Below are positions 28,001 through 35,199 of a DNA stretch of 44,450 bases, piece after piece. The notes under the pieces were generated by a model. The model was not told the DNA's origin. It made no database searches and worked only from the letters and a program-made list of their open reading frames with translations. This DNA comes from Gelria sp. (GTDB lineage Bacteria; Bacillota; Syntrophomonadia; Syntrophomonadales; Syntrophomonadaceae). Made by a program: the position numbers and the translations under genes. The number at the start of each line of letters is the position of its first letter. Positions within the stretch are counted from its first letter, which is position 1. The stretch spans positions 1 through 44,450 of the forward strand of contig DUMX01000083.1 in the NCBI GenBank assembly GCA_012839665.1, given 5' to 3'.

Positions 28001-31000
28001 GCCGCTGGGAGAACCATATCACCGGACGGTGGAAAAATACGGGGCCAAACCCTGGACTGATGAGATACCGCAGTCAACACCTGAAAAACCAACGATTCCT
28101 TTAACAGAAGATGCCGGAGTCATTGGTCCGGAAGATTCCATGAATACCCTGAAAAATCATGGGATAGATCAAGATGCTCCTACCGCACCGGAAGGGCAGA
28201 CTGGAACCGGATTGTCCATACCCGAAGAAGACATTCCCGATGCTGGGAATGTCCCACCGGATACAATTCCGGACGTACCACCGGTTTCCGGGCCTCAACA
28301 TGGGGATACCATTACTTTGCCTGGAAAAGATGGCCGGGATTATGAGCTGGAATACAACAGCCAAACTGGAGAATGGGAAAACCTGCTTACCGGAGGCAGA
28401 ATTCGTAATGAGGATCTGGGATCATATGTAGAAGACTTTAATAGATGGCAGGATGACGTTGCCGAAGACTTGAGCCGTTCTGCCCGCGATATTGAAAAGA
28501 TGGCAGCTCGTCAGGATGCCACCAGCCAGGCCATTGACAAGAATCTGGCCGATTGGAAGCGTTTGGAGCAAATGCAGAAGATGGCTGATAAATATAACAT
28601 CGGAGAACCAGGAGGTTCCGGAGATGTAGACAAAGCAATCCAGAATCTAAAAGATGATATGCTGGCCGGGAAAGAGCTTGACCAGGATAGATTGGAGCAG
28701 TTAAACAAGATTATCGACAACCGTATACAGGGAACAACAGCAGCGGATACCGGACAACGCTGGGAAGAGGATTGGTTCAAAAATCTAGGATGGGCTCTGG
28801 AAGCTAATGCAGCAACGGCCAAAGAAGTAGTAACTGGCGAGAAAGCTGACGGCAGTACATCCTGGCTGGGTATGGGTGCCCGTATCATGATTACTACAGC
28901 TACTGGAGGCACTGCCGGGGTAGTTATGGATGGGGGCTTAACGGTAGCAGAAGCCATGTATCGTATCAAGGACTCAATCGACAAGGGAGAATCAGATTTC
29001 CGGGCGGTATCCAAAGCGATTGGCTTGACGGTTCTGGGTGAAGAAGCAGGTTGGCTGGCAGGCGAAGCCGGCGGCAAGTTAATGGGAGAGATGATGGAAA
29101 GATACCCGGCGTTTACCAATAAGGCAGCCGACCTGATTGAAACTGCTATATTAAAAGGCAGTGCTAAAAATCAGATGTGGAGCAAGTCATTAGGTTTAAT
29201 TAGCAAAGAATCAGCAGAGGAAACCCTTGATCAAATAAATAAACGGTTGGTAGATATAGGCAGCGGTGAAGCGGCAGAAAACATCATAAAGAAAGCCAGA
29301 GGAGGCTATGGATTGTCGGTTGCTGACTCTTTTGATGATGTATCCAAAGCCGGAAAGGCATTTACCGGCAGCGGAGATGATATTCTCAAAGGAGGTAAAT
29401 CAGCTTCCGAGGGATGGTCTGATATAGCTGCAGATGGAGGCAAATCCGTCTCCGACATGGGAGACGATATGGGCAAAGGAGCAAGCAGGGCAGCTTCCGG
29501 TAGTGGAGATGATATAGCCAGAGGAACAGGCAAAGCAGCCTCCGGAAGCAGTGATGATGTAGCCAAAGGAGCAGGTAAAGTTGCCTCCAGTAGTGATGAC
29601 CTGGCCAAAGGTGGGAGTAAAGCAGGTAGTCGTGCTGGGGATGGACCTGATGGACCGGTGCGCACTGGTGATGGCGGCGGAGATGGACCAGGAACTCCGG
29701 GAGGGCCTCCATCTCGAGGTGGTGGCGGTGATGCAGGCAGCATGCATCCAGAAGCTATAAATAATAGGACTCTTAATACTAATGCCAGGACTCCTGAAGA
29801 GGTCTTGTCTGATCCGACTTCGGTAGCCAGAGCAGAACAATCCTTACAAAAAAATATCAAAGATTTTGATAAACTGCCACCGACCAGACAACAGGACCTG
29901 ATCAGGGAGCAGGCTATTTATGATGAATACAAAATGCAGGCTCAGGAAAGAACCTATAATGTGGCTGATAAGGTTGAGCGCCGAGAACCGCTAACGGTTG
30001 AAGATATTATGGAAATGAAAGCCGACCCGGCTTCTATGAGAACGCTCAAGGACCTTGAAAATGTTGATGGTATAGGAGCGGAACTAGGGCCGACCAGATC
30101 CCGCCAGGTACAGTCTGAATTTAACCATGTACTGGATACAGAGATACATCAGCCTTCTTATCGGACGGTGGAGGAGCACCTGCATAGCAGATATCCGGGT
30201 ACTGACCCTGAAGGTATACGCTGCAGAACAGTACGTACACCAGGCACTGAGTGTAATGCTTTCGATATAAATACGGATAATGATGTTATCGCTGAACGGT
30301 TGGTACATGGCCCCAATGGACCTGAATGGGTGGAGATTCCCAAGTCTGAATGGGAAGATGTTTATTATAAAGCCTTTGCTGATAAATCCGGCTTTAGTGT
30401 TGATGAAGCAACCAGACGGTTCCCGGACAGCGATTGGGCCAAAATGGATGACGCAACGCGCTTCCGAGAATGGGCAGGACGACATGAAGAATCTGCTATG
30501 GATCAATTTGATCTTGAAGCTGCCCGTGATTTCAGTGACCAGCGCACCTGGCGTATACAGGACGGGGATCTACCGGGCAGACCTATGATAGAGGCTACAC
30601 CGGAGGAGATTGCGCGCGGGGCGGACATAGTGATGATCGATGGCAGGCCAATGAGACCTTCGAGCGGATACGAATTGGTCCAAAGACGACAGGGTAATCT
30701 CCTGGACTCAGAACAACTGTCTATAATGGAATCATACAAAGTCGATGAATACTGGACTGCAGGAAGCACTCCAGCGGAGGTAATGAGGAATCAGACCGAG
30801 GCCATGGAACAATTGCGTAAAACTGCAAATGTTGCTCAGACCGTAGAAAGCAGTTATAGGGACATGGGTTACAGAATAGAGCAGATGCCGAATAACATGC
30901 AGGAGGCTATCAAAGTTATCAATAACAATAGCCTGTCACCGGCTGCCAGGGCAGCCCGTCTGCGGGAACTCGGCTATGAAACCCCCGGGGACTTTTTAAA

Positions 31001-31049
31001 TAAGGTAACCAGCCGCATAGGTGCAATTAGAGAAGCCAAAATGAAGTAA
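25008..31049 (+). CDS. Giant (about 2010 aa) multi-repeat protein with an N-terminal signal/anchor
   Basis: Single uninterrupted ORF. The likely start is the TTG at 25017, 8 nt after GGAGG (25004-25008). The N-terminal basic segment and hydrophobic helix end in ALAGS. It contains several unrelated internal repeat classes and a non-repetitive ~430-aa C-terminal region. I recognise no family. Confidence 0.8.
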   Translation: MKSLSILYLARNKKRIRKNLGVVFALSFMFMILISSWGPGTALAGSVGDVVTQVSKANTGSPEFKFGQESATGYGFAIHAGMGNYGDGGGCMLSVLGPAQPDEIQIMIDYVDGISQVTYIRTTQMKGCEVREYTTDDGVGIGVVLPDYFITVEMLDTGLNQGANMAAAKSIAQQTLDGLERAGLLSQAAPDIESGKPAADPAPKDSAPATASPAGVGSVGNIPGPSNTTEAVTGVVVPGLIATALGALGGLGGGGFIPPAGGTPIYPTGGGPSPLTGGSYPGAGNARPGAIQGVNQLGGRRRGEEIYVDTGAIGQKAIDIREVEQPADHGMIIDTADMFETPIAVQHEPGVIIDTADEAGIFVQPEPEIYVDTVDMHEQAIDIREPGGEAGIHIDTTDMFEESPVPGAIDEKRIFIETEDEAALFTKSGSDLEIEAEPVKTQAFSAREGEAGGAHFATAENSEGAPAAAQSEHLYTDAGDSEVPLDTSSLEDSTGAETVPGSEEAATAAGAEGQSAEQTTVADVDKIYDQNGFDPEGYNREGFDKEGFDRQGFDRQGFDKDGFDRAGFNAEGFDKEGFNKAGFDKAGFNREGFDQAGFDREGFDRAGFNAEGFDKEGFNKAGFDKAGFNREGFDRAGFDREGFDKAGFNAEGFDKEGFNKAGFDKAGFNREGFDKSGFDREGFDKAGFNAEGFDKEGFNKAGFDQEGFNREGFDQAGFDRDGLDRAGFNAEGFDKEGFNKAGFDKAGFNREGFDKTGFDKEGFDKSGFDREGFDKAGFNAEGFDREGFNKAGFDKEGYGRNGFGSEGFDREGYDVNGYDRKGFNRSGFDAKGYDKQGYDKEGFNKDGWDREGYDHKGFDENGWDREGYDKNGFDKEGYDREGYNREGQSKEGYDADGYDKKGFNEHGYDRDGYDREGFDFEGYSRSGYDPWGYNRQGYDKDGYHWSGYNADGYNRAGMHWTDNPYEEGSIWNVDTYNPFDGRVVDLGGRREAWEPTKPPLGEPYHRTVEKYGAKPWTDEIPQSTPEKPTIPLTEDAGVIGPEDSMNTLKNHGIDQDAPTAPEGQTGTGLSIPEEDIPDAGNVPPDTIPDVPPVSGPQHGDTITLPGKDGRDYELEYNSQTGEWENLLTGGRIRNEDLGSYVEDFNRWQDDVAEDLSRSARDIEKMAARQDATSQAIDKNLADWKRLEQMQKMADKYNIGEPGGSGDVDKAIQNLKDDMLAGKELDQDRLEQLNKIIDNRIQGTTAADTGQRWEEDWFKNLGWALEANAATAKEVVTGEKADGSTSWLGMGARIMITTATGGTAGVVMDGGLTVAEAMYRIKDSIDKGESDFRAVSKAIGLTVLGEEAGWLAGEAGGKLMGEMMERYPAFTNKAADLIETAILKGSAKNQMWSKSLGLISKESAEETLDQINKRLVDIGSGEAAENIIKKARGGYGLSVADSFDDVSKAGKAFTGSGDDILKGGKSASEGWSDIAADGGKSVSDMGDDMGKGASRAASGSGDDIARGTGKAASGSSDDVAKGAGKVASSSDDLAKGGSKAGSRAGDGPDGPVRTGDGGGDGPGTPGGPPSRGGGGDAGSMHPEAINNRTLNTNARTPEEVLSDPTSVARAEQSLQKNIKDFDKLPPTRQQDLIREQAIYDEYKMQAQERTYNVADKVERREPLTVEDIMEMKADPASMRTLKDLENVDGIGAELGPTRSRQVQSEFNHVLDTEIHQPSYRTVEEHLHSRYPGTDPEGIRCRTVRTPGTECNAFDINTDNDVIAERLVHGPNGPEWVEIPKSEWEDVYYKAFADKSGFSVDEATRRFPDSDWAKMDDATRFREWAGRHEESAMDQFDLEAARDFSDQRTWRIQDGDLPGRPMIEATPEEIARGADIVMIDGRPMRPSSGYELVQRRQGNLLDSEQLSIMESYKVDEYWTAGSTPAEVMRNQTEAMEQLRKTANVAQTVESSYRDMGYRIEQMPNNMQEAIKVINNNSLSPAARAARLRELGYETPGDFLNKVTSRIGAIREAKMK
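26601..27890 (+). repeat. About 86 consecutive in-frame pentapeptide units G-[FYW]-[DN]-x-x
   Basis: Translation reads GFDPEGYNREGFDKEGFDRQGFD...GYDKDGYHWSGYNADGYNRAGMHW with an unbroken 15-nt period. It is F-type up to about 27420 and Y/W-type afterwards. Confidence 0.9.
26691..27290 (+). repeat. Five 120-bp higher-order tandem repeats (8 pentads each) within the pentad array
   Basis: Units start at 26691, 26811, 26931, 27051 and 27171, each beginning GGATTCGATA or GGGCTCGATA. Neighbouring units look roughly 90% identical by eye. A degenerate sixth unit follows, with a 30-bp insertion. Confidence 0.85.
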
Positions 31050-31068
31050 ACGGTAAGGAGGTATTTAA

Positions 31069-32187
31069 ATGGAAATGAATCAGGGTATGGTGGGAGCTGA
31101 AGTATTTAAACTGGAACCGGGCGATATTAATCATTTATTCAGACGCTCGGGATTGAACGGGAACAGTCTTTCATCCTTCAGTTATAATGCTGAACAGGCT
31201 GCCACCAGCAGTTCTTCAGAAGTATTTAAAAAACTATCTGAGAGCCCCCAGTTTAGACAGATTGCCCGGCAGTTGTTGCAACCGGACTTAAAAATTGAGT
31301 TCAACAGCGGCGGGGCGGGTACGGCTGATGACAAATATTACGCATTGCTTTCAGCTGATGATAAAATCGTTTTGGCACAGTTGGCAAACTCTGATGGTGA
31401 TATACTTTTGCTGCTTTTCCCTGACGGGGAGTCATTTCTTAGGTGGTGGACCGATGTTTATGCTTCCACAGGTATGGGCGGTTACCAGACTGTATTTCCT
31501 AATATCATGGAAACTGAAGTCCTGGTCTGCGCGCTGCATTGTGTAGATATTTATCGCCGCTCTTATATGGAAAGCATGCTGGATTATCGCAGCGGGGTTG
31601 ATTCATCATTATCAATCCAGGATTTTGTACAGCTCTTAAAACGCTCCCTGGCCAGCAGAGACAAAAGATGGTTACTGCCGACTATGTTTGAAATTACCCC
31701 CGGTTTAAAAAACAGCAGTATGGCATTAACTCCTGAACATATGAAACAGATTGGGGAGTTAGGCTTTATTACCAGCGCTGCTAATGATGTTACCCTGGCA
31801 GAACGAAGCCGGATAATGGGAACTGAATTTATAACCAGCTGGATGGGAGGGTTTGGTTGGCAGGCAACGGCATTAATTAATGGACAGGAACGCTCCTTAT
31901 CCCGAGTTTTTTTGGCTCCGACTGCTTTTACCAATCACTTAATTTCCTTTGAAGCAGCTGAGGCAGGAAAAACCCGCTTTCGCCATCAGGCGGCCAACCG
32001 GCAGGAATTATTGGAAATACTATCTGGTTGGATGAAGGCCTTATGTGGGGCTGCTGGTATAACCGGCTCCGGACCGAGTACAGAACCTACACCGGCTTCA
32101 CCTCAGGCGGCGCGTTTCTGCAGCAACTGCGGAGCTGAAATTCGTCCCGGCAAGCGCTTTTGTACCGCCTGCGGTAATTCCGTATAA
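31069..32187 (+). CDS. Cytoplasmic hypothetical protein with a C-terminal zinc ribbon
   Basis: AAGGAGG RBS. No TM segment. The C-terminus is FCSNCGAEIRPGKRFCTACGNSV (CxxC-N10-CxxC). Confidence 0.7.
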   Translation: MEMNQGMVGAEVFKLEPGDINHLFRRSGLNGNSLSSFSYNAEQAATSSSSEVFKKLSESPQFRQIARQLLQPDLKIEFNSGGAGTADDKYYALLSADDKIVLAQLANSDGDILLLLFPDGESFLRWWTDVYASTGMGGYQTVFPNIMETEVLVCALHCVDIYRRSYMESMLDYRSGVDSSLSIQDFVQLLKRSLASRDKRWLLPTMFEITPGLKNSSMALTPEHMKQIGELGFITSAANDVTLAERSRIMGTEFITSWMGGFGWQATALINGQERSLSRVFLAPTAFTNHLISFEAAEAGKTRFRHQAANRQELLEILSGWMKALCGAAGITGSGPSTEPTPASPQAARFCSNCGAEIRPGKRFCTACGNSV

Positions 32188-32222
32188 CAGAGGGCTTTAA
32201 GTAGGGAAAAGGAGGAATTAGC

Positions 32223-33269
32223 TTGAGTCAGCTTATACAGTGCCCCCGCTGCGGGGGAGAGTTAATCCCCGGGGATCGGTTCTGTGGGGAGTGCGGATTT
32301 GATACAGGGCAACAGGTACAACAGGTAGCCAGTCCGGAACCGGTTAGACCGGCAGCCGGGACGGGAGAAGCCATTTCCCCACCGGTATCACCACCGGTGA
32401 CTCATCCTGAGCCGGTTTTCCCTCAGCAGTCCGTTACTCGGTTTGATCCAGCGCAGGGAAATCGGGGTCTGGGAGCAGCACCATCCCGTAGTGGAGGTAC
32501 CGGACCGATTATTATAGTAGTAGGATTAATTTTAGTTCTCCTGGCAGGAGGGGGATTATTCTGGTGGTTAAGCAAAGGTGAGGAACCCCCACAGGTTGCG
32601 GCCCCGCAAACTAATCAACCCCAGCAGTCTTCCCCCACACCGGCTGGATCATCTACCCAGCCTTCGGCTCAGCTCGACCTGACCCGGGCAGCTACCTACT
32701 TGTCCGAATCAGGCTTAAAATGCAGCTTTTTTGTGAATTATCCCGATGGGTTTTCCGGTACCGTGGAACGGGTTAGTGCCCGGGTAGTTCCAACCGAGGC
32801 AGTACGAGTTAGCGAGGCGGAAATAGTACAGGATAGTGGAGAGGTCATTGGTTATGGTTTCCACTATATTGAACGTCCGGACGGAATTTACCTGATTTAT
32901 GACTCTACTCCCCAGGAGTGTTCGCCGGTCCTGAAGAATAATTTGGCTGTCGGACAAAGCTGGAATTATGTCACTGAATTCGGCCAGATTGTATGGACTG
33001 TACTGGACATGGGGGTACGTTTAGATCTGGGCTTTGCCACTCTGGATAATTGCCTGTTGGTGGAAGAGGATAATCAAGCCGTAGGTTTCAAGACGATTAT
33101 TTATTATGCTCCTGGTATGGGGCAGGTTGTGGAAAGGACCTCTCAAGATGGTGCGGATTTATCGAAGTTAACTGCCTTTTCTAAGATAGATGCAGCCCAG
33201 GCGGCCGAAACCGTGAAAAAATGGTCTCCTAATTACGCATCCATTCAGGATGACAGGACCCAGAGCTGA
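32223..33269 (+). CDS. Zinc ribbon, Pro-rich linker, single TM and extracytoplasmic domain protein
   Basis: GGAGG RBS before the TTG at 32223. The N-terminus is QCPRCGGELIPGDRFCGECG. The TM is GPIIIVVGLILVLLAGGGLFWWL, followed by a P/Q-rich spacer and a ~200-aa domain. Confidence 0.7.
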   Translation: MSQLIQCPRCGGELIPGDRFCGECGFDTGQQVQQVASPEPVRPAAGTGEAISPPVSPPVTHPEPVFPQQSVTRFDPAQGNRGLGAAPSRSGGTGPIIIVVGLILVLLAGGGLFWWLSKGEEPPQVAAPQTNQPQQSSPTPAGSSTQPSAQLDLTRAATYLSESGLKCSFFVNYPDGFSGTVERVSARVVPTEAVRVSEAEIVQDSGEVIGYGFHYIERPDGIYLIYDSTPQECSPVLKNNLAVGQSWNYVTEFGQIVWTVLDMGVRLDLGFATLDNCLLVEEDNQAVGFKTIIYYAPGMGQVVERTSQDGADLSKLTAFSKIDAAQAAETVKKWSPNYASIQDDRTQS

Positions 33270-33277
33270 AGGGCAGG

Positions 33278-33306
33278 TTGACGGCTGCAGGTATCTGTTA
33301 TAAAAT
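33278..33306 (+). promoter_or_regulatory. Candidate sigma-A promoter for tRNA-Gly
   Basis: TTGACG (33278-33283), 17 nt, TAAAAT (33301-33306). The predicted start is within a few nt of the tRNA 5' end at 33316. Confidence 0.5.
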
Positions 33307-33315
33307 AACGTTGAT

Positions 33316-33390
33316 GCGGGAGTAGCTCAGTGGTAGAGCACCGGCTTCCCAAGCCGGGTGTCGCGGGTTCGACCCCCGTTTCCCGCTCCA
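33316..33390 (+). tRNA. tRNA-Gly (anticodon CCC), with encoded CCA
   Basis: Cloverleaf folded by hand. Acceptor GCGGGAG/TTCCCGC. D arm GCTC-AGTGGTA-GAGC. Anticodon stem CCGGC/GCCGG with loop TTCCCAA. T arm GCGGG-TTCGACC-CCCGT. Discriminator T plus CCA. Total 75 nt. Confidence 0.9.
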
Positions 33391-33521
33391 TTAATTGTAG
33401 GCGTTGCCTACATCTGTGTCCTGTAAAGGGCTCCATTAATTGTGAGCGTAGCTTATAATATTAGCGTCTAATCAAGCCTATTATTATATTAAGACCAATT
33501 TTCAACGGGAGGTTGGAGGAT

Positions 33522-33662
33522 TTGAAAAAACATATTGTTAATGTAGTAAAACCCAATCTTAAAAGAGATGGGGGTATTAATTGCCGTGAGTGTGCTACGT
33601 CTTGCCAGTCAGCTTGCAAGACTTCCTGCACCGTGGGCAACCAGATTTGCCGTAAACAGTAA
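33522..33662 (+). CDS. scfA: SCIFF six-cysteine ranthipeptide precursor (46 aa; absent from the ORF track)
   Basis: GGAGGA RBS then TTG at 33522. Translation is MKKHIVNVVKPNLKRDGGINCRECATSCQSACKTSCTVGNQICRKQ, with six Cys and the SCIFF core CxxCxTSCQSACKTSCTVxNQ. It lies directly upstream of a radical-SAM/SPASM gene. Confidence 0.85.
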   Translation: MKKHIVNVVKPNLKRDGGINCRECATSCQSACKTSCTVGNQICRKQ

Positions 33663-33676
33663 ACGGCACCAATAAA

Positions 33677-33697
33677 GGGGGCAGTGCCCCTTTTTTT
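33677..33697 (+). terminator. Short GC hairpin plus T7 tract between scfA and scfB (partial terminator or attenuator)
   Basis: GGGGC (33678-33682), AGT loop, GCCCC (33686-33690), then TTTTTTT (33691-33697). Flanking A/T pairs can extend the stem. Confidence 0.55.
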
Positions 33698-33730
33698 ATG
33701 CTCTAATACCCGAGGGAGAGGAGAAAATAC

Positions 33731-35107
33731 GTGTACCACCTGGTCAGTTATGACTTTAATGCTAATATCCATCTTTATCGCTGGAATGAATTAAATATAC
33801 TCCTGGATGTAAATAGTGGGGCAATTCATCTGTTGGATGAATTGGCTTATGATTTTATTTCCTGCCTGATGAAAAATCAGGGGGATTTTTACCTGGCAGC
33901 AGAAGAATGTAGTGCGCTTTATCCTTCTTCAGAGGTAATGGAAGTTGTTAATGAAGTATTAGCAGCTTACGAGGATGGAGCCATGTTTACCCCGGAAGAA
34001 GATTTGACCCTGGACTTGTCGATTTTGCCAATTAAGGCTCTCTGTCTTAATGTAGCCCACGCCTGTAACATGAAGTGTGGCTACTGTTTCGCCAGTCAGG
34101 GTAGTTTTGGCTTGAAACCGACTTTGATGAGTTCGGAAGTAGGCAAACAGGCACTTGACTTCCTTATTGCCAACAGCAGCGGGGTAAAAAACTTGGAGGT
34201 TGATTTTTTCGGTGGTGAACCTTTATTAAACTTTGAGGTGGTAAAGGAATTAGTCCTTTATGGGCGTAAGTTGGAAGAGGAAACGGGTAAGCAGTTTAAT
34301 TATACTCTTACCACCAATGCTCTCTTACTTGACCAGCCCGTTATAGACTTTATTATTGAACATGACATAGCTATTATTTTAAGTCTGGATGGCAGACCGG
34401 AGACTAATGACCGTCATCGGGTACTTAACAACGGTAGTGGAAGTTACGAACTGGTGCTGCCACGGATTCGTCAAATGGTAGCCCACAATCCGGTAAGCTA
34501 TTATATCAGAGGTACCTTCAGCCGGCATAACTTGGATTTTGTCAATGACCTGCGTCATATTGTGGATTTAGGTTTTGACTGTTTATCACTGGAGCCTGCT
34601 ATTGGTGCTGATAACGATTATACTTTGCAAAATGAAGACCTGCCTCGGGTACTGCAGGAATATAAAAAACTTACCAACACTCTGGTCAATTATGACTGCT
34701 CTGGTAAGGATATTCATTTTTTCCATTACAATCTGGATTTACAAAAAGGCCCTTGTCTGGCTAAACGCCATAGTGGCTGTGGAGCCGGTGTCGATTACCT
34801 GGCCATTACCCCAGAGGGTGATATTTATCCCTGTCATCAGTTTATTGGTAAAAAGGAGTTTTATTTGGGTAATGTAGCCCGGGGTTTTCTGGACAGCAAT
34901 GTAAGGGCTAGTTTCCAGGCTAATCATTTGGATAATAAGGAGCAATGTAAGCAATGTTGGGTCAGAAATTTCTGTGGTGGGGGTTGCCATGCTAATAACT
35001 ACTTTAGTAATGGCGATATTACGGTCCCGGCGGAGATTTCTTGTACTCTGCATAAGAAGCGGATTGAAGGGGCAATTTATCGAGATTTACAAAAAAAGGC
35101 AAATTAA
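33731..35107 (+). CDS. scfB: Radical SAM/SPASM maturase for SCIFF
   Basis: CNMKCGYC (CxxxCxxC) radical-SAM cluster motif. C-terminal SPASM-type cysteines (CGAG...C-HQF...CKQCWVRNFCGGGC). GGAGAGGAG RBS before the GTG at 33731. Confidence 0.88.
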   Translation: MYHLVSYDFNANIHLYRWNELNILLDVNSGAIHLLDELAYDFISCLMKNQGDFYLAAEECSALYPSSEVMEVVNEVLAAYEDGAMFTPEEDLTLDLSILPIKALCLNVAHACNMKCGYCFASQGSFGLKPTLMSSEVGKQALDFLIANSSGVKNLEVDFFGGEPLLNFEVVKELVLYGRKLEEETGKQFNYTLTTNALLLDQPVIDFIIEHDIAIILSLDGRPETNDRHRVLNNGSGSYELVLPRIRQMVAHNPVSYYIRGTFSRHNLDFVNDLRHIVDLGFDCLSLEPAIGADNDYTLQNEDLPRVLQEYKKLTNTLVNYDCSGKDIHFFHYNLDLQKGPCLAKRHSGCGAGVDYLAITPEGDIYPCHQFIGKKEFYLGNVARGFLDSNVRASFQANHLDNKEQCKQCWVRNFCGGGCHANNYFSNGDITVPAEISCTLHKKRIEGAIYRDLQKKAN

Positions 35108-35199
35108 AATAAAAAAATATCGGTATGGAAGGAGGATTTTACTAAAAAGAAATAGAAAAGAAGAAGACGTAATAAAAAAAAGAAATATGGAGTAAAATA

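Noticed and set aside
29306-29860. Minus-strand 184-aa P/S/A-rich ORF and its neighbours (29386..29712, 29400..29840).
   Set aside because: These are antisense shadows of the GDD/KG/GP low-complexity part of the giant ORF and have no start signals.
33461-33772. Minus-strand 103-aa ORF covering the tRNA-to-scfB interval.
   Set aside because: It overlaps the SCIFF gene and its terminator on the opposite strand. The SCIFF reading frame has a strong RBS and a family-defining motif.
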